A stretch of DNA of 64,000 nucleotides from Candidatus Micrarchaeota archaeon (lineage in GTDB: Archaea > Micrarchaeota > Micrarchaeia > Anstonellales > Bilamarchaeaceae): assembly GCA_016926175.1 (NCBI GenBank), contig JAFGPA010000009.1, positions 54 through 64,053 of the forward strand. Reading direction: 5' to 3'. Below, in pieces: positions 19,801-28,558 of this stretch; position 1 is the stretch's first letter; each line of letters begins with the position of its first letter. The notes beneath the pieces were generated by a model. It saw only the letters and a program-made list of their open reading frames with translations, ran no database searches and was not told the DNA's origin. The position numbers and the translations under genes are program-made.

Positions 19801-19867
19801 AAGAAGATCTTGAGTTCTGAAACTCAAGAGACTTGAACTTTGTTCAAGAAGATCTTGAGTTCTGAAA
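19801..19867. repeat. Two copies of a 22-nt direct repeat with embedded hairpins
   Basis: aagaagatcttgagttctgaaa at 19801-19822 and 19846-19867. Hairpins cttgagtt-ctga-aactcaag (19809-19828) and cttgaac-ttt-gttcaag (19832-19848). Confidence 0.8.
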
Positions 19868-19935
19868 ACCCTGCAAAGTATTTATCCGGCAAAGTATTGC
19901 CGGTGCAGCAAGATCACAAAAAAATAAAGAAGAGA

Positions 19936-19955
19936 GAGCTGCTTTAAAGCAGCTC
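19936..19955. terminator. Bidirectional terminator-like perfect palindrome between convergent genes
   Basis: gagctgcttt/aaagcagctc (10-bp arms) flanked by an A-run upstream and ctgctttttt downstream. Confidence 0.5.
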
Positions 19956-19977
19956 CTGCTTTTTTATCCCTTCCACA

Positions 19978-20751
19978 TCATTCTTCATCTTCAGATTCGT
20001 TTTCAGCTTCATTGCCCGGCCTTCCAATTCCTTTTCCAGGTATCTCATCCTGTCCGCCAGTTTTGTTCTGAGTCTGATTATGGATCTGCTCCTGTGTTCT
20101 GTTCTGGGTTTCACTCTGGTTTTTGTCTTCTTTTTCGCCTGGCCTCTCCTGCGTCATTTTACCTTCCCGCTCCTGCATTCTTTCCATGTGCCTTTCCTGG
20201 TTCATTATTGAGTTGTTTAGGGCATTAAGCACTCCTTCCTTTGCCTGTGCAGGTACTTTTTCATATACTCTCTGAAGGACTCTTATGCTGTTTCTCACTT
20301 CATTTTGTACCTGCTGAACATCTTCCTCATCTGCACTGCCTTCGTCAACTGCTTCTTCAATGGCATTTTGTGCGGCCTGGTTTTCCTCATTTTGTTCTGT
20401 GGTTGCCTGCTCAATAAGCCTCAGGGTTTGATTTAATCCTGCCTGATCCCCCTGTGCAGCAAATTTTTGTGCCTTGCCGGAAAGAACATGTGCCTCAACT
20501 GCCCTGAGCATTCCGTATTTTGCATGCTTTCTGGCCTTTTCAGCCTTGTCAAATGTGAAGAATTTATCGACATTCTCAAAAAATCTTTTGAATCCATAAG
20601 TGAATTCGCCCGGAAGTGTCCCTACTTCGCTTTCATTTATTATTATATCCAGTTCATCATTTGTGACATTTACATTCTCTTCACTGTTCTCTGCAAATGC
20701 AGGGACAACAAGCATTCCCAAAGCAACAATCAACAATACAAACGCTTTCAT
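19978..20751 (-). CDS. Secreted acidic coiled-coil protein (DUF5667-like N-terminal motif)
   Basis: Signal peptide MKAFVLLIVALGMLVVPAFA. LPGEFTYGFKRFFENVDKFFTF motif. Gln/Glu/Asn-rich low-complexity C-terminus. Confidence 0.6.
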   Translation of the reverse strand: MKAFVLLIVALGMLVVPAFAENSEENVNVTNDELDIIINESEVGTLPGEFTYGFKRFFENVDKFFTFDKAEKARKHAKYGMLRAVEAHVLSGKAQKFAAQGDQAGLNQTLRLIEQATTEQNEENQAAQNAIEEAVDEGSADEEDVQQVQNEVRNSIRVLQRVYEKVPAQAKEGVLNALNNSIMNQERHMERMQEREGKMTQERPGEKEDKNQSETQNRTQEQIHNQTQNKTGGQDEIPGKGIGRPGNEAENESEDEE

Positions 20752-20831
20752 TTACATCCTCCGGTCAAAAGACCGAACAAATAAAAACATGAACAATACT
20801 AAAATAATCCTGTGAACTGGCGTGAACAACT

Positions 20832-21653
20832 ATGAACAAGGCCGTATTTCTGACACTGCTGCTGCTATCGCTTGGCTTTTCATCTGTCATCTACACTGTT
20901 GATACTGACAGAGCCGGCTTTTCATATGTTACGGTCTCACTTGGGCAGGAAACATCCACAAACGTCAGCCTGCCTGCAGATGCAAACAATTTCCTTATAG
21001 TAGGAGGATCATATCGGTTAATCAACGGCACGTCACTTGTTTCCCCGGGCTTATCCGGCATAACAACATTCTCATTTACCAGTGAAATCATGACATCCAA
21101 GTCAGGTTCCGAATGGAAACTTAATTTTTCCCCGCCTGAAAATTCCAATGTCTATGTTTACATGCCTGGATTTGCAACAATTGTTTCCTCTTCCATACAA
21201 CCTTCAGCTGTTTCGTCAGAAAATTTCAGGACAGTTCTGCAATTTGATTCACAGGAAGCAATTACAATCTTCTACAGGCTTGATGAGGAATATGCTGAAC
21301 CGGAAAGCGATTCGACACTGATTCTTGCAGCTGCAATTATTGCAGCGGCAGTTATTGCCGCCCTGATAATCCGGCAGAGCAGCAAAAAGACCGGGAAAAA
21401 ATCATCATTGCACATTACTCCGGGAAAAAAGGAAATGATGGAAACGTTTAATGAAAATGACACTAAAATAGTTCTTTATTTATTACAGGAAAAAGGAAAA
21501 GCAAAAAGGAATGATCTTGAAAGAAAAACAGGAATAAGCAAATCAAGCCTTGCGATGGCGCTGAACCGTCTTGAAAAAAGAAAAATAATCGAAATTGACA
21601 GGGGGGCAACAACCCATTTCGTCAGGCTTTCCGAGTATTTTCTGAAACTGTAG
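20832..21653 (+). CDS. Membrane-anchored wHTH regulator (signal peptide - ectodomain - TM - cytoplasmic MarR/TrmB-like wHTH)
   Basis: TM LILAAAIIAAAVIAALII + RQSSKKTGKK, then NDTKIVLYLLQEKGKAKRNDLERKTGISKSSLAMALNRLEKRKIIE. Confidence 0.65.
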   Translation: MNKAVFLTLLLLSLGFSSVIYTVDTDRAGFSYVTVSLGQETSTNVSLPADANNFLIVGGSYRLINGTSLVSPGLSGITTFSFTSEIMTSKSGSEWKLNFSPPENSNVYVYMPGFATIVSSSIQPSAVSSENFRTVLQFDSQEAITIFYRLDEEYAEPESDSTLILAAAIIAAAVIAALIIRQSSKKTGKKSSLHITPGKKEMMETFNENDTKIVLYLLQEKGKAKRNDLERKTGISKSSLAMALNRLEKRKIIEIDRGATTHFVRLSEYFLKL

Positions 21654-21661
21654 GTGAAAAA

Positions 21662-22051
21662 ATGAAATACGCAATTTTATTGGCAATTATTCTGATTGCA
21701 GGATGTACTTCAGATAATGGACCTGCCGATACAACCGGAACTGTTCCGGCCGGCACATCTGAAGGTCCGGAAGACAGGAGCGGAACAATCACAACAACGG
21801 GGTATGCTGATTGTATGGAGCGCTGCGAATCTGGCGGGCCTGGAACCGGGCCATACTGCAAGGACGGCTGCAGGTTTGAACAGGCAGAAAATACAAAAGA
21901 TCTTTTCTACTGCAACCAGATGGACCAGAAAGAAAGCATTCCAGAATGCTATGGGACAGTTGCAATTGCTGCCGGAGATATAAAAATCTGCGACAAGCTG
22001 TCAAACCCGGAAGACCGGAATCACTGCCTTGCAGCATTCAGCCCAAGATAA
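21662..22051 (+). CDS. Small Cys-rich lipoprotein
   Basis: Lipobox-like LIAGC, Thr/Gly/Pro linker, then regularly spaced Cys (CMERCESG, CKDGC, CYGTVAIAAGDIKICDKL...HC). Confidence 0.6.
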   Translation: MKYAILLAIILIAGCTSDNGPADTTGTVPAGTSEGPEDRSGTITTTGYADCMERCESGGPGTGPYCKDGCRFEQAENTKDLFYCNQMDQKESIPECYGTVAIAAGDIKICDKLSNPEDRNHCLAAFSPR

Positions 22052-22080
22052 TTTAATTTTTTCCATATTAATTATTCTTT

Positions 22081-22593
22081 ATGAAAAGGGGGATGATATT
22101 TGCAGGCGGCCTATTGTTAGGGATCCTGGTCACTTATATTGGCACATTGTTTTTCATCGTGCCTGTCAATACTGTTTTTTCTCCGGATGACGGACGTGAA
22201 ATAATCGATCTCATAGATTCTGCAGAAGATTCAATTGACATTGAGATGTATGTCTTTACATCCCGGGATGTTGTTGAAGCTCTGGAACGGGCAAAAAACA
22301 AAGGAGTGGAAATAAGGATCATAGTGGAAAGATCAACCATAAGCGGATCCAACAAGGAAATATTCAATGAACTTTCTGCAAAAGGGTTCAGAGTCAAATA
22401 TGCATCAACAGCATTCCAGCTTACCCATTCAAAATTCATGATCCTTGATGGAAAAGTTGTTTTTGTCGGATCGCACAATTTCAGCAATTCTGCGCTGTAC
22501 AAAAACCGCGAAGCATCAGTAATAATATACAGTGAAAAAACAGCAGGCGAATTCCAGGAAACTTTTAATTATGACTGGAGCCTAGCTTCTTGA
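22081..22593 (+). CDS. Membrane-anchored single-HKD phospholipase D superfamily protein (Nuc-like endonuclease)
   Basis: N-terminal TM. One HKD motif HSKFMILDGKVVFVGSHNFSNSA. Its 170-aa size matches Nuc-type homodimeric nucleases. Confidence 0.8.
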   Translation: MKRGMIFAGGLLLGILVTYIGTLFFIVPVNTVFSPDDGREIIDLIDSAEDSIDIEMYVFTSRDVVEALERAKNKGVEIRIIVERSTISGSNKEIFNELSAKGFRVKYASTAFQLTHSKFMILDGKVVFVGSHNFSNSALYKNREASVIIYSEKTAGEFQETFNYDWSLAS

Positions 22594-23580
22594 AATTACA
22601 TATTTGCCATAAAGCCTTGCAAATACCTTGTATCTTCCGCGTTCAATCTTTGTTATCTGGCCACGGTCCAGCAGCCTTTTTACCAGCGCAGTAACAGGCC
22701 CGAGAGGGATTTTCAGTTCATTTGCAATGTCGGAAACATGGATAAAATCCCTTCTGGAAATTGACAGCAGTATCCTTCTCTCTGCAACGGGCGTTTCCTG
22801 ATACATTTTTCCAAACCATTCGCGGCCAAGCATGTTCATGATATGGGGCAAATATGCAAGATAATGGCCTTTGGATATTACCTTTTCATTCTCCCTTAGC
22901 CTGTCATAGATATGGTGGCAGACGGTTTTGAAAAGCCTTGGGTTGCCCTCGCTGTCATTCATTATTGAGCTGAAGCATTCCTCCCCCATCCTAAGCTCTT
23001 TTTCCAGTGCCTTTTCTACAACCTCCCTTGCCTCATGTTCTGCAAAGGGCTGTAAAACCATGGCTCTTTCTGATTTCATTTCTTTTGTACTGGTCATTAC
23101 AACTGAAATCCCCTGTTCAGCTGCCTTTTCAATTATTTCTATGGCTTCTTTCGCCTTTTTCATCCTGTCGATATCGTCGACAAAAAGAATTGTACCGAAA
23201 TGCCTGGGGCTGCTTGCAGTTTCCAGCAGTTCCCCGAAGCTTTCCGGAGTATTTCTTCTTATCTCCAGATTTGGTATGGCCCTGGTTTCCTGATAGAGCT
23301 TGTCTACCATAGCCTCCATTCCCTCTCCTTTCTCTATTTTAACATAAGGGGCCAGGGCACCCTCTTTTCTGGCAATATGGCTGAAATGCCTGATCAGGGT
23401 GGTTTTTCCTGTTCCCGGTCCTCCAGTTATCATTAATATTCCCGGCTGGCCTGAAACCGCTCCGTTGACGAAAGTGTTAAATATCCTGACTTCGTCTTTT
23501 CTGCCTATAATGTTTTCCGGATCTATTTCATATATCTGGAATGGATTTGGACCTTTCATTAAAATCCCTTTTTCATGCAA
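22582..23580 (-). CDS. AAA-type ATPase with C-terminal wHTH (archaeal ATPase / Orc1-Cdc6-like fold)
   Basis: Walker A GGPGTGKTT, Walker B ILFVDDIDR, C-terminal wHTH VSDIANELKIPLGPVTALVKRLLDRGQI. Confidence 0.75.
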   Translation of the reverse strand: MHEKGILMKGPNPFQIYEIDPENIIGRKDEVRIFNTFVNGAVSGQPGILMITGGPGTGKTTLIRHFSHIARKEGALAPYVKIEKGEGMEAMVDKLYQETRAIPNLEIRRNTPESFGELLETASSPRHFGTILFVDDIDRMKKAKEAIEIIEKAAEQGISVVMTSTKEMKSERAMVLQPFAEHEAREVVEKALEKELRMGEECFSSIMNDSEGNPRLFKTVCHHIYDRLRENEKVISKGHYLAYLPHIMNMLGREWFGKMYQETPVAERRILLSISRRDFIHVSDIANELKIPLGPVTALVKRLLDRGQITKIERGRYKVFARLYGKYVISRS

Positions 23581-23645
23581 AGCCGGGTTTTCCGCTTTTC
23601 TGGTTTTTTTAATCCTTTTTAAAGGTTTTGGTTGGGTTCAACCAG

Positions 23646-23668
23646 ATATGGCAGGATTCCTGCCATAT
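23646..23668. promoter_or_regulatory. Perfect 23-bp palindrome in the divergent promoter region (candidate operator)
   Basis: atatggcagga-t-tcctgccatat, 11-bp arms with no mismatch, between the ATPase-wHTH gene and the giant ORF. Confidence 0.45.
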
Positions 23669-23753
23669 ACGAACACTACTTTGTTGTTTTTACAACAAAA
23701 AACTACAATCCATGTAGTTTCTGTAGTTTCCATAGATACTATAAACCTAAACC

Positions 23754-23761
23754 TTTTTAAA
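23754..23761 (+). promoter_or_regulatory. TATA box candidate for the giant ORF (leaderless spacing)
   Basis: tttttaaa ends 22 nt before ATG 23784. Confidence 0.4.
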
Positions 23762-23783
23762 GCGCCGGACACCCGAACTAATC

Positions 23784-26700
23784 ATGACAGCCATAAGAAG
23801 TTTGTTTGGAATGTTTTTGTTCATGGTCCTGGTTGGCAGTGTATTTGCTCAGCTGGGCCTTGGTGGCCAGTCTTTCGAAAAGGAAAGCGTGGTCTACTAT
23901 GAAACTGACGCAACACGTCAGGTCCTCACTATCAGTGTGGTGGCATTTGAGCCGGCACAATCCCAGGACGGCACTCAGCTCACTGATACCATAAAGCAAG
24001 AGCTTTTAGCCGAATGCAGGGCAGAAGGAGCAGATAATATCATGGTTTGCCTGCAGAGAAAAGCCTTGGAGAGAACTGCCGCTTCAACTGATTACAGGCT
24101 GGATATGGAATCTCTTCAGGAAGGCACTATTACAGTATATCAGTGGAATGCCATCAGCAAAACATACGTTGTGGTTCCAACATGTACCCAGATTCCAATA
24201 AACAATGTCAGAACGGTAACTGACTCAAGCGGAGAGGCTGTCGACAATTATTATACTACATGTGATCTTTCAGGTGAACTTGAAGGGGCAACCTCGGCAA
24301 GCTTTGTCATTGAATACGAACCCCAGGAAGGTTCAGGCATAGCTCCGAGTACAACCACCTATTCCTATGACAGTGCCCGTGTTGCAGGTACAGATGCTTT
24401 AACCCAGCAGATCAACCAGGTTATAAGCGCAATATCAAGTGGCGGGGCAAACGGAACCCCGGCACTTCCATGTGTTGGCATATTCCTTATTCTGGGTCTG
24501 TTGCTGTCATCACTTTATTTCGCTGGCAAATCACCAGTTTCATTGCTCGATATCACCACACCAAGACTTCCGGCACCCAAGGGAGTAGCTGCAGGCGGAC
24601 AGATGCTCATGCCTTTTGGTTATGCGGAAATGGGAAGAACCACAAAAGCTAAAATGAGGACTGCTGCCGTAGCTGCCGGAGTGACTGCAGCCGGACTTGC
24701 TACAAAAAGCAGAGGAGATGTTGAAAGGCGCCAGCTTGAAAGCCAGGTGGATGCAACAGCAGCCAAAGCAAGCCGTGCGCATGTTGTTTCAGGAGATGTT
24801 GGAGAACAGGCCAATATACAGAAGGCGCTCATAGCAGGAGGAAGAGAAGCTGGAATGAGCCGGGCAGAGCTCGATAAGCTTTCAAGAAGACTTCTCTATG
24901 ACTACGGAGATTCAGAGCACAGGACAGTTGCACAGATACTTGAAAAGCTTAAGGCAAAGGGAGGAAAAAACGCTCTCATGGCAATGACTCTCCAGGACTA
25001 TATAATAGGCCAGAGGCAGCTTAAAACACTTGAAGCAATTACAACCCATCCTGACATAGGAAAAAGAGACTATGTTAGCGGTAAAATCTCAAGTGTCACC
25101 AGCAAGGCATTTGGTGTAAACAGATATGCAATAATCGGCGGTTTTGTTCCGGCCATGGTGGGTTCAACTACAAGAACTGCAAGGCAAATGGTCAGAATGA
25201 GCAAGGCATCAGTTAAACAAGCACCCAACCTGGTCAAAGCAACAGCAAGATCCACAATTGAACTTGTTGGAGGCAAGAGAGCGGTTGAAGAGCTTGAATA
25301 CAAGGCAAAGACTTCCCAGACTGCAGGATGGTTTGCAGGGCAGCTCAAGGAGAATCCTGCGTCTGTCATTGTCGGACAGTCATTCCCGGTAAGCGACAAG
25401 GCAGGATACTTCTACAAGCAGCTCAGGGATGAGGCTCACCACGATTCAATGAGATATCTTTTAAGACAGATCTACAAGAAGATGGGTGTCAAGTTCAATG
25501 TTTCCGAAGAAGAAATGGCGCAGATGGGCCATGTTGACATGGACATCCTGAAGAGATCAGGCTACAAGCCAACAAAAGAAATGCTTGCAATGGAAGCAGA
25601 ACTCAGGGGAATATTAGGAGACAAATCAAAGAGTTTCCTGGAAAAAGTAAATGCACTGACAGCATTTGCAGAGAGATGCGGAGCACACGTAGACCACAAT
25701 GCAATTGCGTTCACACAAAAAGTGGAATCAATACATATGTCTGTGGAAACAGACCATGGCAAGATGCTCCTGCTTCAGGAAGAGCTTGAAAGGCAAAGCA
25801 GGGTCAGGGGCTCAAATGTTCATGACGATGCATTTGTATGCCATATTGGCGGAGACACCCTAAGAGGCCCGGCCATCTGGGAAACTATGGTTCTTCGTAC
25901 AATGATCTACGATGCAGAAAATGGGCACCTCCAGGGAGGTATCCGCGAAGAGCTTCTGTCAGCCAGACTTAACACTGCAAACAGACTTGCAACTCTTGAT
26001 CCAAGCCATGCAGGTGCAATGGAACAGCTTCCGGAACACATGAGAAACCAGGCACAGCTTACGGCAGTTGCAGAAAGAAACAGGTCAGAACTGGTTCAGC
26101 TGTTCTCTGAAGAAGGGAAAGCAGCATTCCAGAAATCCCACAAGGACGGAAAGTCCATGGAGTCTGCTTCACTGCATGAAATAGTTGCATTCATGTATGG
26201 CGGAGGAGTCAAAGAAAAGGCAACCGGACACGTCGATCCAAAAACAGGAAAGATGATGTGGTGGGGTGCAGACCAGGAACACACAGTTCCAAAGGATTAT
26301 GCCCTTGTCGATGTCAAAAGACACTGGGTTGACCACGTAAGTGTACAGGACAACTATGCAATAGGGCAATGGGTGGAGTCCAGGTTCACAAGGAGCTATG
26401 TTCCGGCAGCCCGGGCATCCATTGAAGCAGAGCTCGACAGAATGCCAGGTTCAGCGGCATGGACAGTTGAGGAAAGGGCAAAACAGGCCAAAAAGCTCTG
26501 GATACGGGACGAAATGATCAAGGACTTCGAGCAGAGATTCAACTCACAGTTTGCAAATAATGCCTACGGCGGAACAACAAGGGAAACTGCAAGATTCTAC
26601 AATGGCATTGCAATGGGATTCCTTGCAAAGGCACTGGAAGAAAAGGGACTTTCATCCAATCACCCGGATGCAATGTTCCTTCAGGGCATTGACCACACCA

Positions 26701-28526
26701 ATCCACAGCACATTGGAAAAATGAGAGAACTTCTCTTGCTCCACCGGGATGCATATGAGAAGGTTGCACACAGGGATGTCACATATAATGATGTTGCCAA
26801 GTCCAGCAAGCCAATGGTTATGCTCCATGAAGGTGGATTTGCATACTATCACAAGGGCATGATGCTGTCAGATGCAGACCGTGTTATGGGCGGACAGGTG
26901 TCCATCCGGGATAACAACGGCCAGATGAGGGCATTTGTTCCTGATGATGTTGTAGTGAAATTCGGAGCAAGGGATGACCTTACAGCACAGTTCTACAAGG
27001 CAAGAGGCTCAAAGGATCCAAACGAATGGCATGGATTCCTTGATGCAGCAACCAAATGGACAAAGGAAGGCAACTACAGCTATGAAAAGGAGAAAGTGCT
27101 CGCAGCAGTGCTCTGGGAATACTCCAACAGAACCTATGATTATGAAAGATTCTGGAGCAAGAGTGCAGTTACTGTTGAATCCAAGAGGGAAGTGGCTCCT
27201 GTTGCACCCTCCTTCCTTAGATTCTTTGGTGCTGACGGCCACAAATACGATACAATGATCAAACCATTCAGGGACATTGGTCTTCATGCAGGAGATTATG
27301 TCTCCAAGGTTGCACTTGAAGCAGGGGGACCTGTTCATACAGCATCCTATGAAATCACTCCGACTTCAGAGTACTACAGGCAACACTCATGGAAGCTTGC
27401 AGAGAGGATAATGTCCGGGCAGGACGTTGCCCAGCTCTCAGATGCAGAGAAAGTTGCATACAGGAATTATGCACTTTCTCAGGGTGCATACCACCAGGTT
27501 TGGGACTATTCAATTGACAGGAACCCCTGGAGAACATCCACATCATTCGGAGCTGCACAGTCATGGGCATCATTCTTCCACTTTGGTCCTGCACAGAACT
27601 TTAACGTCAGGGACAACCTCAGGGCATACATGGGCAAGGGAGAGTATACCGGCTTTATGGCAACCCATGGGTTTGCACTTGACCTTGCAGGCAAAATGAT
27701 GAGGCCATACCTTGGGGCAATAAGAGGTATGCAGATGTCTATGCAGGGATATGCATCCAAATGGGACAGCCAGGACAATGCCCTGAGACAATGGAACTAC
27801 ACACAGCCAAGGCTCAGGGAAGCACTTCAGTCACTCAACCCATTCTCATACAGATGGTTCCCAGGCAAGACAAGCGAGAATATTGCCAAGCTCAATGTCT
27901 TTGGCGGTTCACTTGAGCAGCACCAGCTTGCAGGTCCTGAATATATGGCCGGCCTCAAACAGGCTCCACAGGACATATTCCTGCAGAGAAAGGGTGTCTA
28001 TGCCTCGGCAAGAACTGGCGAAGCAAACCCGGCAGCGTCTTTCTACAACTACAGACACGAACTCATGTACGATGCTCCAATGGCAGAGTATATGATCAGG
28101 CAGAAGGACGCATCCTTCATGTACGACAAGAAAGTACAGGATGCAGCAATGAACAACACCCAGAGAAGGACAGTGTCTGCAGAAGCACTTGCAATCAGAA
28201 GGGAAGAGGAACTCAGGGGATTCGGAATTATGCAGAACCCGCTTTACGGCTGGGCCAACCCGATAGCATTCCTCTGGCACGCACCTCTTCCGATGATGCC
28301 ATCATCCCTTACGCCAAAGGACATAGTGGCAAATGCAGTGAGAAAGCACAAGTATGGCCAGGGCGGATCCTGGAATGACACAATGAACCAGCTTGGGCAG
28401 AACATATCCAAGGGAACCAAGGATATACTCTCGCCACACATGCTTCACAGGACAGTTTACTGTCCCAGCTGCGGCAGAAGCGGCTACAGGGGAGCAAGAT
28501 GCGGCTGCGGCAAGCCTCTCTATTGA
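23784..28526 (+). CDS. Orphan giant membrane-anchored protein with C-terminal zinc ribbon
   Basis: Uninterrupted 1580-codon ORF. Signal peptide, ~200-aa ectodomain, TM ALPCVGIFLILGLLLSSLYFAG, >1300-aa unassigned region, terminal CPSCGRSGYRGARCGCGKPLY. Confidence 0.85.
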   Translation: MTAIRSLFGMFLFMVLVGSVFAQLGLGGQSFEKESVVYYETDATRQVLTISVVAFEPAQSQDGTQLTDTIKQELLAECRAEGADNIMVCLQRKALERTAASTDYRLDMESLQEGTITVYQWNAISKTYVVVPTCTQIPINNVRTVTDSSGEAVDNYYTTCDLSGELEGATSASFVIEYEPQEGSGIAPSTTTYSYDSARVAGTDALTQQINQVISAISSGGANGTPALPCVGIFLILGLLLSSLYFAGKSPVSLLDITTPRLPAPKGVAAGGQMLMPFGYAEMGRTTKAKMRTAAVAAGVTAAGLATKSRGDVERRQLESQVDATAAKASRAHVVSGDVGEQANIQKALIAGGREAGMSRAELDKLSRRLLYDYGDSEHRTVAQILEKLKAKGGKNALMAMTLQDYIIGQRQLKTLEAITTHPDIGKRDYVSGKISSVTSKAFGVNRYAIIGGFVPAMVGSTTRTARQMVRMSKASVKQAPNLVKATARSTIELVGGKRAVEELEYKAKTSQTAGWFAGQLKENPASVIVGQSFPVSDKAGYFYKQLRDEAHHDSMRYLLRQIYKKMGVKFNVSEEEMAQMGHVDMDILKRSGYKPTKEMLAMEAELRGILGDKSKSFLEKVNALTAFAERCGAHVDHNAIAFTQKVESIHMSVETDHGKMLLLQEELERQSRVRGSNVHDDAFVCHIGGDTLRGPAIWETMVLRTMIYDAENGHLQGGIREELLSARLNTANRLATLDPSHAGAMEQLPEHMRNQAQLTAVAERNRSELVQLFSEEGKAAFQKSHKDGKSMESASLHEIVAFMYGGGVKEKATGHVDPKTGKMMWWGADQEHTVPKDYALVDVKRHWVDHVSVQDNYAIGQWVESRFTRSYVPAARASIEAELDRMPGSAAWTVEERAKQAKKLWIRDEMIKDFEQRFNSQFANNAYGGTTRETARFYNGIAMGFLAKALEEKGLSSNHPDAMFLQGIDHTNPQHIGKMRELLLLHRDAYEKVAHRDVTYNDVAKSSKPMVMLHEGGFAYYHKGMMLSDADRVMGGQVSIRDNNGQMRAFVPDDVVVKFGARDDLTAQFYKARGSKDPNEWHGFLDAATKWTKEGNYSYEKEKVLAAVLWEYSNRTYDYERFWSKSAVTVESKREVAPVAPSFLRFFGADGHKYDTMIKPFRDIGLHAGDYVSKVALEAGGPVHTASYEITPTSEYYRQHSWKLAERIMSGQDVAQLSDAEKVAYRNYALSQGAYHQVWDYSIDRNPWRTSTSFGAAQSWASFFHFGPAQNFNVRDNLRAYMGKGEYTGFMATHGFALDLAGKMMRPYLGAIRGMQMSMQGYASKWDSQDNALRQWNYTQPRLREALQSLNPFSYRWFPGKTSENIAKLNVFGGSLEQHQLAGPEYMAGLKQAPQDIFLQRKGVYASARTGEANPAASFYNYRHELMYDAPMAEYMIRQKDASFMYDKKVQDAAMNNTQRRTVSAEALAIRREEELRGFGIMQNPLYGWANPIAFLWHAPLPMMPSSLTPKDIVANAVRKHKYGQGGSWNDTMNQLGQNISKGTKDILSPHMLHRTVYCPSCGRSGYRGARCGCGKPLY

Positions 28527-28558
28527 TCTTTTAATTTTTTCTCTTCTAATTTTATTAT

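Noticed and set aside
19801-19867. Mini-CRISPR interpretation of the 22-nt direct repeat.
   Set aside because: There are only two copies with a single 23-nt spacer, no cas genes in 64 kb, and the repeat is shorter than typical CRISPR repeats.
22582-23783. Orc1/Cdc6 gene plus an adjacent replication origin.
   Set aside because: The ATPase is short (332 aa) and looks more like the generic archaeal-ATPase/wHTH family. The intergenic region has a single palindrome unrelated to ORB/mini-ORB consensus and no repeated origin boxes.
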